IMG/VR virus record: IMGVR_UViG_3300036831_000125
Span: 2,515 to 66,514 of that record
Length of the DNA: 64,000 nucleotides
Origin: a virus
Direction: 5' to 3' (one strand)
This document shows, one piece after another, positions 1-8,575 of the stretch. Within the stretch, counting starts at the first letter, position 1; each line of letters starts with the position of its first letter. The notes under the pieces are model-generated. The model saw nothing but the letters and a program-made list of their open reading frames with translations, was not told the origin of the DNA and did no database searches. The translations under genes were made by a program, and so were the position numbers.

Positions 1-186
1 CGCAACCAAGTCGCCACGCTTCCAAGGGTCAAGGCGCATGCCCGCATAGGGTTTGGGTGCGGAGGGCGCCACGAATTCGTCGCCATGGTGATCAGTGTGG
101 ATCTCGATCAGCTTGTAAGGGACTGGGCGAAATGTGGCGCTTGCGGCGCGCGTGGCGAGCGCTAGGGCGGTATCGCGCGCGTTCAT
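1..186 (-). CDS. hypothetical early protein, runs off the left edge
   Basis: ATG overlaps the stop of 183..464 (ATGA coupling); frame stays open to base 1. Confidence 0.5.
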   Translation of the reverse strand, partial: MNARDTALALATRAASATFRPVPYKLIEIHTDHHGDEFVAPSAPKPYAGMRLDPWKRGDLVA

Positions 187-464
187 GACACAGACTCCTT
201 GGCGACGCTGGTCGCGGCTATTGCCGCCTCGCATGCCTTCGTAGCCGCGCTGTACGCTGTCATGTCGTCGTCAAGCGCTCGGATGTTATGCAGATAGCCA
301 AGCTGATGCACCATCAGCCGGATGGCAGGATCAGCGTAGATTGCATCGGTGCCCATGCCTTCGTCGCGGCATTCGCGGCAAGCATCGATAAGCGAATGTG
401 CGATGCCGGACGGATTGCATGCGCCAAGCTGAATCGCGAGGGCGTTTGAAAAGCGTGTGCTCAT
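183..464 (-). CDS. hypothetical early protein (93 aa)
   Basis: ORF track; translationally coupled at both ends. Confidence 0.7.
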   Translation of the reverse strand: MSTRFSNALAIQLGACNPSGIAHSLIDACRECRDEGMGTDAIYADPAIRLMVHQLGYLHNIRALDDDMTAYSAATKACEAAIAATSVAKESVS

Positions 465-568
465 GACGCGACTCCTTCAACGGCATTGCCTCGCGTGATG
501 CCGTAGCTGTAGACGGCCTTTGCGCCGCTCCAAAGTCTGCCGTAAACCTCTAGCGTGAATTCTTCCAT
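461..568 (-). CDS. small hypothetical protein (35 aa, MEEFTLEVYGRLWSG...)
   Basis: Translated by hand; preceded by AAAACTTGGGAGAA SD; stop overlaps the next start. Confidence 0.5.
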   Translation of the reverse strand: MEEFTLEVYGRLWSGAKAVYSYGITRGNAVEGVAS

Positions 569-613
569 TGTCGTTCTCCCAAGTTTTGCCGCGCTACTGC
601 TTAGCGCTAGTAG

Positions 614-642
614 ATGATGCACTCACTAGCGGCGGATTGCAA
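614..642 (-). promoter_or_regulatory. sigma70-like promoter TTGCAA-N17-CATCAT
   Basis: 17-bp spacing; shares a 15-bp block with the promoter at 1838-1866. Confidence 0.55.
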
Positions 643-677
643 TCTGCTATGAGAGATTATTTCTGCTAGCGTTGAAG

Positions 678-929
678 CTAGATCTTAAACTCCGCAACGT
701 TATATGTCGGTCCGAAATCACCATCCATGATTTTGCGGCTCATGACGTTGATTCTAGTCCCGACGACGCCAGCGGCGCGTTGTTCGCGAGCGAAGCGTTC
801 CGCGTATTGCACCGCGTCGTTTTGAGTCGCGAATGTGGCGGCGCTTTCGTAAGGAAACCATTGGCCGTTTCGGCCGCGTTGCGATTTGACGACGCGGAAT
901 TGCCATTGGCGGTTTGTTGGCGTGTTCAT
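678..929 (-). CDS. hypothetical early protein (83 aa)
   Basis: ORF track; coupled to the upstream gene. Confidence 0.65.
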   Translation of the reverse strand: MNTPTNRQWQFRVVKSQRGRNGQWFPYESAATFATQNDAVQYAERFAREQRAAGVVGTRINVMSRKIMDGDFGPTYNVAEFKI

Positions 930-1471
930 GGCCGCGTGCTCCGCGTGCTTTTTCGTCGCGCGTCCGGCCGAATAAATTCCGACTCCGATTTCTGCAACAT
1001 TAGCGAGCCGCTGGCGCTCCGGATCATGGACGAGAGCGTAATTTGTTCTGGTTCGTCGGCGCGGCGCGCGAATGTCCAGCCATCGGCATCATTATATCCC
1101 GGCAAGCTGCCTATCGCCGTATGCCGGATGGCATCGATAATGCGATGCGCGACAGATTCTTCATAATCGTCCGTTTCGCATGCTTGGTAATCGAAGCAGC
1201 TGCATGCTTTCAGGATATTGACTGGCGTCAAGCGGCGGTTGGGGAAACGACGCCATTCGTAGCTGTCGGCAATGCCAGCATCGTTTTCTTGATAGCGCTG
1301 ATTTACGCTGCGTTCGTTCTCGCGTAACAGAACGCGGCCGATCTCTGTTGCGGTAGTTTCCGCGAAGCTCATACGCCCGCAACTTTCATTGATGTTATAG
1401 CTCGCACGCTTATCGATGGCGAACGTTAGCAATGCGTCGATGTGATCGTTGGAAACGACAAAAGCAGACAT
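926..1471 (-). CDS. conserved phage hypothetical protein (MSAFVVSNDHID...CFDYQACE)
   Basis: Start moved to the ATG after CTTGGGAGAA SD; resembles a common phage early protein family. Confidence 0.75.
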   Translation of the reverse strand: MSAFVVSNDHIDALLTFAIDKRASYNINESCGRMSFAETTATEIGRVLLRENERSVNQRYQENDAGIADSYEWRRFPNRRLTPVNILKACSCFDYQACETDDYEESVAHRIIDAIRHTAIGSLPGYNDADGWTFARRADEPEQITLSSMIRSASGSLMLQKSESEFIRPDARRKSTRSTRP

Positions 1472-1615
1472 GTGAATTTCTCCCAAGGTTTTCGCTGCAA
1501 CGCGGCCTTTATAATGTAGCGCATGCCGCGTCGATGTCGATGGTCCAGGTTACGCGATACGATGTTGATGGCGCTGGCGTTGGCGCTGGCGCTGGCGTTG
1601 GCGCTGTCGTGCCGC

Positions 1616-1798
1616 TCATGATGCGCCACCCGCCGCATCGCCCGCTTTCTCGACCGCCTCACGCAATGCGTCGATTTCTATACACAGATTGCTAATCCCG
1701 CGCGCAATCGCGTAGAGCAATCTGGTATTCAGCGCTTCGAGTGTATCCCGCTCAAGCTCCTTACACTCTCTTTCTAAGCTCTTTAGATCGACTTCCAT
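1616..1798 (-). CDS. small coiled-coil hypothetical protein
   Basis: ATG after AAAACTTGGGAG SD. Confidence 0.6.
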   Translation of the reverse strand: MEVDLKSLERECKELERDTLEALNTRLLYAIARGISNLCIEIDALREAVEKAGDAAGGAS

Positions 1799-1837
1799 TT
1801 TGCTCTCCCAAGTTTTCATTCGTCATCGTCATAGCAG

Positions 1838-1920
1838 ACTATGCACTCACTAGCGCAATCACGCAATCCCCCAGCAACATAATTTTCCCCATTGCAACAT
1901 CACAGCTACTACGCTAGAGT
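1838..1920. promoter_or_regulatory. back-to-back divergent early promoters: leftward TTGCGT-N17-CATAGT (1866-1838), rightward TTGCAA-N17-TAGAGT (1892-1920)
   Basis: Both have 17-bp spacers, flank an AT-rich stretch and lie at the strand switch of the early genes. Confidence 0.6.
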
Positions 1921-1946
1921 GCTGGCGAAACCTGGGAGCTTAACAA

Positions 1947-2222
1947 ATGACAAGATCTAACCTCGAAGCGCTCCGCGCTGCGAAAGATGTCGCCCGCAAC
2001 CCTTACGCTTGGCCAGGTGGCTACCAGCGTTTTCTCATGCTCGCGGATGGCGATTGCCTTTGCCCTGCTTGCGTCAAGTGCGAGTTCAAGGAGATCGTGT
2101 GGGCGACAATGCACAGTCTCAATGCTGGCTGGCTGCCAGCGGCGGGCGATATCAATTGGGAGGATGCCGAATTATATTGCGCGCATTGCAACGCGCAAAT
2201 CCCTCCGGCCTATGGAGCGTGA
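1947..2222 (+). CDS. Zn-binding phage protein (YAWPGGY...CxxC...CxxC)
   Basis: CTGGGAG SD; two CxxC pairs. Confidence 0.75.
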   Translation: MTRSNLEALRAAKDVARNPYAWPGGYQRFLMLADGDCLCPACVKCEFKEIVWATMHSLNAGWLPAAGDINWEDAELYCAHCNAQIPPAYGA

Positions 2223-2252
2223 TCACGCCATAGCCGTTACACCACTCCGCAA

Positions 2253-2278
2253 GGCCGCGCATATGCGGCCCTTCTTTT
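2253..2278 (+). terminator. intrinsic terminator
   Basis: GGCCGC-gcatat-GCGGCC hairpin followed by CTTCTTTT. Confidence 0.5.
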
Positions 2279-2294
2279 CCGGAGACTGACTCCT

Positions 2295-2558
2295 ATGTCC
2301 ACGCAGACGCCCACGCCTACGCCCGCCCCTATCGCCTACAACCGCACCATCGCGCGGCAATTGCTCGACAACATGACATGCGAGCAGGCCAACACCTTCT
2401 TAAGTTTCTACATCCGGCAGCGCGAAGAATCCCCGCAACCAAAAACCTGGCATGCATTCTTCGCCAGCGCGCGCTGGGATAGCATCAACGATTGCGTGAT
2501 GTTGCCTTATGCGGGTGCCGTGGTCGGGATCGAGCGCGACGGGTATGCGCATTCCTAA
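2295..2558 (+). CDS. hypothetical protein (C-terminal GIERDGYAHS)
   Basis: GGAG SD; ORF track. Confidence 0.7.
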   Translation: MSTQTPTPTPAPIAYNRTIARQLLDNMTCEQANTFLSFYIRQREESPQPKTWHAFFASARWDSINDCVMLPYAGAVVGIERDGYAHS

Positions 2559-2597
2559 CTAACCGCTTGATAATCGAATCTTGGGAGCTTCAGAATC

Positions 2598-2795
2598 ATG
2601 TTGCACGGCACGTCATATTTTCTTAGCGTATATTCCGCATGTGCGTATTACCGCAGTTATGGGTACACACAGCGCGAGGTCCAGAAGAAGATTGCAGCGG
2701 GGGAGATTCACATCGGCGTGCCGCCGGTCGGCGAGGGCGAGGTTGTCACGCTCATCGATGGCGGCATGCGTTATGCGATTCTAACAAGATCTTAA
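2598..2795 (+). CDS. hypothetical protein (65 aa)
   Basis: CTTGGGAG SD. Confidence 0.7.
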   Translation: MLHGTSYFLSVYSACAYYRSYGYTQREVQKKIAAGEIHIGVPPVGEGEVVTLIDGGMRYAILTRS

Positions 2796-2904
2796 GATCT
2801 ATAGATCTGAATCAATGAATCATCGAGTGAAGATTGAATCGAGAATCAATGAATCGAGTCGCGCGCGTAGCACAGCGCGTGCCAACTTGGGAGCAAAGCG
2901 ACGC

Positions 2905-3282
2905 ATGACATTCGAAACTGGCTTTAACAACCCGGCGCATGTCGGTGATGTGATCACCTGTCAGGAGGGCGCCTTCACTGCCAGCGCGCAGCTATACAAC
3001 GCAACCGGCTATCCGACACCGCCGGACAAGGGCGCGTTCTATTGTGGCGTGGCCGTGACCGTGAGTTTCGAGGGCAAGCGGATCACTGGCGCGTTCAGCA
3101 ACGCGCGCTGGGGCTTGGAAGCGAATCCGGGTGCCGGCGTAGGCAATGAGCGGCTGCTGATCGAAGCGAACCGGCTGCTGCCTAATGCACTCAGTGACGC
3201 GCGCGCTTGGGTGCGGCGGCTGACCGACGCCCACATGCAACGCGCAACGATTTCTGTCAGCGGGATGGGTGAGATGTCATGA
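2905..3282 (+). CDS. hypothetical protein
   Basis: Start moved to the ATG after AACTTGGGAG SD. Confidence 0.7.
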   Translation: MTFETGFNNPAHVGDVITCQEGAFTASAQLYNATGYPTPPDKGAFYCGVAVTVSFEGKRITGAFSNARWGLEANPGAGVGNERLLIEANRLLPNALSDARAWVRRLTDAHMQRATISVSGMGEMS

Positions 3283-3431
3283 AGAAGCAAGAACGGATCA
3301 TGCAGCTGATTGATGCGGTCGATGAATTCTGTGAGTCGTTCCATAATGAGAAAAAGCTCTCGGAGCTGGGCGAGCAAGTGACGGCGTTGGAGAAGATTTC
3401 GAAGAAAGCACGCAAAGCGGTCGAAGATTAA
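3279..3431 (+). CDS. small helical hypothetical protein (50 aa)
   Basis: Translated by hand; ATGA coupling; GGGTGAG SD. Confidence 0.55.
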   Translation: MKKQERIMQLIDAVDEFCESFHNEKKLSELGEQVTALEKISKKARKAVED

Positions 3432-3492
3432 GGATCAGGCTTCGACGCGAGCTGCGTGCGCAGCAAAAGCAAACTTGGGAGGTAATGGAAAA

Positions 3493-3957
3493 GTGGGTAC
3501 GAAATGTCTAACGCGCGTGTTTGATCACGGGCAAGAGATCTTGTGTCTCTATCGGCAGTATGACGGCGATCCGAGCTGGCATGGCGGCGAGCTGTTCACG
3601 CTGTTTCAAGGCTTCCGCATCGTCAACGGCATCAGCGGCGTAACGTTTCAAGTCGCGAACGGAATGGGTGATTTCGCGGCGCAGCTAGTTCACGCATTCA
3701 AGCGTGGCGCAGCAGGAAAAGACTGTACCAAGAACGGCGCGCGTGTGGGTGCGTTCTATCTCTATCCGCCTGGCGCAACTGATGTCGGCGAGGAATACAT
3801 TTATGTGCTGACGGAATCTAAAGGCCGACTTTGGCTCACCGTGTCCGGCGGCGAGCAAGAGAACGAGATCTATAATGGGCTGCTTGATGCTTTCACGCTC
3901 GATCACCGCTTGCCTGAACTGAATCGCGAAGCTGCGAGGTCATCAGCAAGACCATGA
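3493..3957 (+). CDS. conserved phage hypothetical protein (MGT..LT...YRQYDG.P..HG.EL...NGMGDFAAQL)
   Basis: GTG start after CTTGGGAGG; recognisable widespread phage family of unknown function. Confidence 0.75.
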   Translation: MGTKCLTRVFDHGQEILCLYRQYDGDPSWHGGELFTLFQGFRIVNGISGVTFQVANGMGDFAAQLVHAFKRGAAGKDCTKNGARVGAFYLYPPGATDVGEEYIYVLTESKGRLWLTVSGGEQENEIYNGLLDAFTLDHRLPELNREAARSSARP

Positions 3958-4367
3958 TCAAAACTATCAACGGGACAAAAATCACCGACGCCAAGCGCGC
4001 GATGCTGTTGGAGATCGAAAAGCAAGACATCGCCAGCGCGCGCCCACAAGAGCCCAACATGTGCCCGATCGCGCGGGCGATAAAGCGGGCGCTAAAAGCC
4101 AATGACGTGCATGTGCATCTATCGCGCGTGTATGTGCAACCTGAGCCGAAAATGTCCTATACGCGCTATTTCGTGCCGCAGGCGTTGCGCGCCGAGATCG
4201 TGACGTTTGATCGCGGCGGCGGGTTTGAACCTGGGCATTTCATACTCAAGCCGATCAGCGTGCACATGAAGGCCGGCTATCGCCGCAAGAGCAACGGCGA
4301 GGATAAGGGCTATCGCAAGCGCAAGCGGCATACGCTGGAGAATGTACGACCGTGGGCGGGTGCGTGA
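3954..4367 (+). CDS. basic hypothetical protein
   Basis: ATGA coupling; ORF track. Confidence 0.7.
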   Translation: MIKTINGTKITDAKRAMLLEIEKQDIASARPQEPNMCPIARAIKRALKANDVHVHLSRVYVQPEPKMSYTRYFVPQALRAEIVTFDRGGGFEPGHFILKPISVHMKAGYRRKSNGEDKGYRKRKRHTLENVRPWAGA

Positions 4368-4379
4368 GGGCGTGAGCCG

Positions 4380-4610
4380 ATGCCGCGACCGATCACCAAG
4401 AAGCAGCTTTCGGACTTTTGGGCTACGGATTATTCGCCTAAGAACCACTGCTGCCTCTGCGGTAATCGCGGGATCATTGATACACGCGGCAAGGTCTTCA
4501 CGCCTGCTGGGTACGAGTGCGGGGCAATGGTCTTTTGCATCTGTCCGAACGGGCAGGCGATCAAGAGGCAAGACCCCAACTATGTCAAAGCTCTAGAATC
4601 CAAAGGATGA
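4380..4610 (+). CDS. Zn-finger hypothetical protein (CxxC...CxCxxG)
   Basis: Cys pattern; GAGG SD. Confidence 0.7.
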   Translation: MPRPITKKQLSDFWATDYSPKNHCCLCGNRGIIDTRGKVFTPAGYECGAMVFCICPNGQAIKRQDPNYVKALESKG

Positions 4611-4617
4611 GGGCGTA

Positions 4618-4767
4618 ATGCGCTTTTGGATCGAACACGAAGGCTTTCCGCGCTGGGTGGCGCTGCTGATCTTCGCGGCAATCGTCGGCCTATGGCTGTA
4701 CGGAGTTTGGGGATTATTATGGCTGTACGGCGTTTGGGGATTGTTCAGACTCATGGTGAGGCTATGA
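4618..4767 (+). CDS. small membrane protein with a duplicated LWLYGVWGL segment
   Basis: Translated by hand; near-perfect 27-bp tandem duplication at 4691-4744; GAGGG SD. Confidence 0.55.
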   Translation: MRFWIEHEGFPRWVALLIFAAIVGLWLYGVWGLLWLYGVWGLFRLMVRL

Positions 4768-5177
4768 AAACAGATCTATTGCTCAAGCTTGCAGATTTTC
4801 TCGAACGCATCCCGCCTGATCGCTTCTATATGGAAGAGTGGGAGACGGATTCTGCTGAGCGTAATTTTGACGGCACGTTCGATTGCGGCTTCGCGGGCTG
4901 TGCACTGGGTTGGGCAGCGCATGCGAATCTTATCTATGGGCTGCATATGGAAGACAGCAGCGTGCATTTTCATAAATGGAGCGATGTCTGGCCAGAGGAG
5001 TTCTCTATTTATGAAGGTTTCGCTGCGGCTATGGAGGCATTCGAGATCGACAGCACACTAGCGCGGCATTTGTTCGATCCGAGGCAGTATCCGCAGTCAT
5101 ACAGCAAGGGCGGCAAAAGCATAAGGATTAAGCCGAGCGACGTTGCAGAGCGCATCCGCATCGTAGTCGCGCAATGA
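4764..5177 (+). CDS. hypothetical protein (CGFAGCALGWA motif)
   Basis: Start moved to the coupled ATG after GGTGAGG. Confidence 0.7.
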   Translation: MKTDLLLKLADFLERIPPDRFYMEEWETDSAERNFDGTFDCGFAGCALGWAAHANLIYGLHMEDSSVHFHKWSDVWPEEFSIYEGFAAAMEAFEIDSTLARHLFDPRQYPQSYSKGGKSIRIKPSDVAERIRIVVAQ

Positions 5178-5404
5178 CGACGCTCTATAATATGTGCACC
5201 GGCCGGCGGATCTTGCGCGTGCGTAGCGGCGACACTGCCATCCGCACCGCGCGCAGGCTCGCGCATATGTGGCGTTCTGATGTCGTCGTGCTCACCCGAG
5301 CGCAGAACGGCAAGACGATGGCGTATTTCCGCGTCAAGCCGACAGGGCGCATTATGCCAGTGCCAGAGGATTGGTCGGTGCCGAAATTCCGCGAGATGGG
5401 GTGA
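5174..5404 (+). CDS. hypothetical protein
   Basis: ATGA coupling. Confidence 0.6.
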   Translation: MTTLYNMCTGRRILRVRSGDTAIRTARRLAHMWRSDVVVLTRAQNGKTMAYFRVKPTGRIMPVPEDWSVPKFREMG

Positions 5405-5410
5405 CTGCGC

Positions 5411-5650
5411 ATGAGCAAGGATCTGACTCAGATCTTCATTTGGACAGAGGTCGATCACCGCGACGACGCGGAAGGCGTGATCGCTGTCATATCGCCGCTC
5501 ATGCCAGGCGTCTTTCCGTTGATGACGCGCCGCCGTGACATCGCCGAGGGCGCGTTTGCGGAGCTGGCTGAGGAACACCGCAAGCGCACCGGCCATCGCG
5601 TCCGGCTGGTACATTGGACAGCGCGAGAGGATGTGCGGGAGCTGCCATGA
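5411..5650 (+). CDS. hypothetical protein
   Basis: ORF track; GGGGTG SD. Confidence 0.65.
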   Translation: MSKDLTQIFIWTEVDHRDDAEGVIAVISPLMPGVFPLMTRRRDIAEGAFAELAEEHRKRTGHRVRLVHWTAREDVRELP

Positions 5651-5862
5651 TTCAGATTCAACGCGAGCGCAAAGAGCAGCTTATTTTCCTTCTCGGCCAG
5701 CTGTTCGGGCTGCTTAGTTCACCGGATATCAAGGAGTATCTGCGCGAGCGCGGCGTGACTGAATCAGAGCTGCGCGCCATGCATGACGCGCAGGCAGTTT
5801 TGATTAAGCGCCTCCTTGATCGCCCCGATGTGAAGCCAGCGCAGCCGGCGAAGCAGCAATGA
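5647..5862 (+). CDS. hypothetical protein
   Basis: GGGAG SD; ATGA coupling. Confidence 0.65.
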   Translation: MIQIQRERKEQLIFLLGQLFGLLSSPDIKEYLRERGVTESELRAMHDAQAVLIKRLLDRPDVKPAQPAKQQ

Positions 5863-6149
5863 GCCTCAAACCCATCTGCGTTTCGTGTCAGCGCTTCTAT
5901 CGCCCATCGCGCAACGGCGTCTATTTCCTCGAAGGCATGCCCGGCGAGAACGGCGTCAAGCCGGGCCGCGTCGAAGCGTGGCGCTGGAAGAATTACAAGC
6001 TCTGGGCTGGGGATGAATGGCAATGCCCGGGCTGCGCCTCAACCATCATCGTGGGCGTGCCGCATCAGCATATCGCCGAGCACTATCAACCTGATTTCGA
6101 AGAAAAGGTGCGCGCTTTCGGGGCGACGTTTCGCGTCAATGACTGCTGA
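5859..6149 (+). CDS. Zn-ribbon hypothetical protein
   Basis: CVSC...CPGC; coupled start. Confidence 0.7.
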   Translation: MSLKPICVSCQRFYRPSRNGVYFLEGMPGENGVKPGRVEAWRWKNYKLWAGDEWQCPGCASTIIVGVPHQHIAEHYQPDFEEKVRAFGATFRVNDC

Positions 6150-6441
6150 GATCGAGATTCACCGAAACATCCGGCTGCGCTGCGATCGCTGTCACCAGCC
6201 GATGCTCGGGACAACTGCCTATGACGGCGCATGCGCATGCGGCGGTCTTATCGAATCAGAACCAAACATAGCCAGCGGCGATCCCCCTTCGACGCCGCCG
6301 ACGCAGCCCAACGAGCCCCCGCTCCGGCTGCGTCATTCTTGCGCCGGGCCAAGATCTGGTTATGGCCTACTGCCCGGCACCCCTTTCGCGCGTGTGAACG
6401 TTTACCCTGGATGCACCCGTATCGCACGCGCGAAAGGATGA
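6139..6441 (+). CDS. Cys-containing hypothetical protein
   Basis: CDRC...CACG; overlaps the upstream stop. Confidence 0.45.
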   Translation: MTAEIEIHRNIRLRCDRCHQPMLGTTAYDGACACGGLIESEPNIASGDPPSTPPTQPNEPPLRLRHSCAGPRSGYGLLPGTPFARVNVYPGCTRIARAKG

Positions 6442-6444
6442 TTC

Positions 6445-6619
6445 ATGACCCTCGGGCTGATGTTCTGGGATCCTGATGCTGCTCTGGCTTGTCGTCGGCG
6501 CTTACCCATGGTGGTCGAGCCCAGCGCCCAATTGGCCCGGGCTGGGCGGCAACTTGCTGCTGTTCATCCTGCTGCTGTTGCTCGGCTGGCACGCCTTCGG
6601 TCCACCGATTCACGCCTAG
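6445..6619 (+). pseudogene. frameshifted two-TM membrane protein (MTLGLMFW/ILMLLWLVVG...LLLFILLLLLGWHAFGPPIHA)
   Basis: Removing one G from the run at 6467-6469 gives a clean 57-aa hydrophobic protein; AAGGA SD. Confidence 0.6.
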
Positions 6620-6851
6620 CACCTAGCGCCGCCGGCTGCGTTGCCGTACTATCCGCCTCGTTTCCATCTGACCATGGAGACACCCCACCCTTAATGCACC
6701 TTAAGAGAGGGCCAGAGCTGCGAATACCCCGGTAGCCCAGTGTGTTCTCCCAAGTCACGCCGCTGCCCTTTTCGCCTTTGCGCTCTCTCTTTTTTCTCCC
6801 TACAAGCGACCCTGGCGGGAACCAAGCCCTGAAAAGAGGCATTGCGCTCCC

Positions 6852-7094
6852 ATGTCCGAATTCATCCCGACGCCCGAGCACTATTACCCTTGGAACGCAC
6901 CGCAGCCAGAGGCGCTGCCGCGGCGCGCCAGCGGCGCCCAAACCCACCCGCCGGCTGCCGCCCTGCCGCGTTTACCAACCCGCCAGCGGACCCCGCGCGC
7001 GCCGCTGAGCTGGTCGGCTGAGACCATGGACCGGACTGCCAGCGACGCCGTGCGCGAGGTGCAAACCCGCATCGAACGGGTTATTAGGGCATGA
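6852..7094 (+). CDS. hypothetical protein
   Basis: AGAGG SD; last gene before the strand switch. Confidence 0.5.
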   Translation: MSEFIPTPEHYYPWNAPQPEALPRRASGAQTHPPAAALPRLPTRQRTPRAPLSWSAETMDRTASDAVREVQTRIERVIRA

Positions 7095-8100
7095 AGACGG
7101 AGGTTGAGGTTGAGGCCGGTGCCTCGTAGGTAAATGGCGGTACTATTTCCTCGTAGGTGACCGGCGGGAACGGCGTTGACGATGACTCCTCTGCGGGCAC
7201 TGCTTGGGTAGATTCAAACTCTGGAATAAGCTCGAACAACCCACTTTTCGTGTCCCACTTCAAGGTTTTGATCGCCTTCCCTTTGCGGAAAGCGTTCCAA
7301 ACAAAGATACAGGCTTGATAATAGTTTCCTCCCCCTAATCTGTTTCCTTTTCCCACTTTTATCTGCTTTTCTTTGGCTCGCCGCAAGAAAGAGTCGAGCA
7401 CGGCGGCTGGTGCATTATCATCCCCGCCGTGAGCGACCGCTCCCCAGAATCTTTTCGCTTCAATCTCGTTTGCCTGGTATGTCGCCCATATCGCTGCGCT
7501 AACCCCAACTTGTTGCAGTTCGCTTTTGTTGGGCAACAATTCCTGACCAAACCATTGAAGGTAGCTGTGTTTGCGAATGTCATGAAAGCCCCGGTACTTA
7601 TCTTCAGCCACGCCTACAACAACATGATCAATATTTCGATCGTACCAAGCGATTCCATTGATCGCTAACGTCGCCCACGATTTCGAGATAGCCTCCAACT
7701 TAGGCTCTGCTGCTTGATATAGGCTTGAAACATCCCTGCTCGTGCGAACTGATATTTTGACGTCATGCTGAGCGCATGCGTCAGCAACACCGAGAAGCAT
7801 GGTGCACTCATAATAATCCATGTGAACGAAGCGTCCTTTGGGAAATTCTTCTTCGCTAAGCTCACACAGCACCGCAGCCGAATGGTAGCCGTCCACACGC
7901 CATATACCCGGCCGGCCTTTAATTGTGGCCCGAGCCCATTTGAAACTCGTCAGCCAACCGATTGTGATGCGTTGTCTTAGATATTCCAGGTGCTTCGGTT
8001 TGAGCTGACGCGCACCCGGTGAAGCTTCAAGGTGAAGCTGTTCCTCAGCTAATTCTCGCGTAAGAGGCAAGGTCACTGAGCTTATAAGACGAAAGGTCAT
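7084..8100 (-). CDS. ParB/Srx (DGQHR-like) domain protein
   Basis: R.L...HL..L...I....W...RVDGYHS resembles the ParB-N DGxHR motif; GGAGGAG SD; visibly lower GC than flanks. Confidence 0.55.
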   Translation of the reverse strand: MTFRLISSVTLPLTRELAEEQLHLEASPGARQLKPKHLEYLRQRITIGWLTSFKWARATIKGRPGIWRVDGYHSAAVLCELSEEEFPKGRFVHMDYYECTMLLGVADACAQHDVKISVRTSRDVSSLYQAAEPKLEAISKSWATLAINGIAWYDRNIDHVVVGVAEDKYRGFHDIRKHSYLQWFGQELLPNKSELQQVGVSAAIWATYQANEIEAKRFWGAVAHGGDDNAPAAVLDSFLRRAKEKQIKVGKGNRLGGGNYYQACIFVWNAFRKGKAIKTLKWDTKSGLFELIPEFESTQAVPAEESSSTPFPPVTYEEIVPPFTYEAPASTSTSVFMP

Positions 8101-8304
8101 GGTTGTTACTCCTCCACACTGATGGCCCAAAAAAGCGGGCGGAAAAATAATCCGTCGCCAACTTTGCTTGGGCAATTATCCTTTGGGGTAGATTTGTGTG
8201 GCCCAGAGCGATCCAAGTTGAGGGGCCCTAATCAGCCTTGCGCTCAGCAAAACATTGATCTACTAATGATTCCAACAGCTTAGTGAATTTACCCAGCCCG
8301 GCAC

Positions 8305-8562
8305 GCTGGGACTCGGCTGAGACAGAATCAGCATTGATTTCATTAGCTTTTTTGCCCCAAGTCCCAAGAGTCCCAGCCTCCAAGGCGATTTTTCAAAACC
8401 CTCTACAATCCTCTATCACGCCAAACCACAACATCTTGTGTGTACCTCACCAGAAATAAGTAAATAAGAGTTATAGAATTAGTATGGAGGTTGGGACTCT
8501 TAGGACTCTTACTTATTTTTCCAGCTCTTCCTTGGGGCTTCGAGTCCCAGCTGAGTCCCAGC
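8305..8562. repeat. nested inverted repeats built from GAGTCCCA units around an AT-rich core; candidate replication origin
   Basis: 8360-8382 vs 8485-8507 (21/23 inverted match); 8305-8323 vs 8544-8562 (17/19); next to the VirE helicase gene. Confidence 0.65.
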
Positions 8563-8575
8563 CCCCCTGCTCTCG

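Noticed and set aside
2781-2795. CtrA boxes as a genome-wide feature
   Set aside because: Only imperfect matches (2781, 15720) and one N6-spaced TTAA pair (6691); insufficient to claim regulation
2809-2858. GAATCAATGAATC direct repeat as a functional element
   Set aside because: Two copies in low-complexity intergenic DNA; likely local duplication with no supporting context
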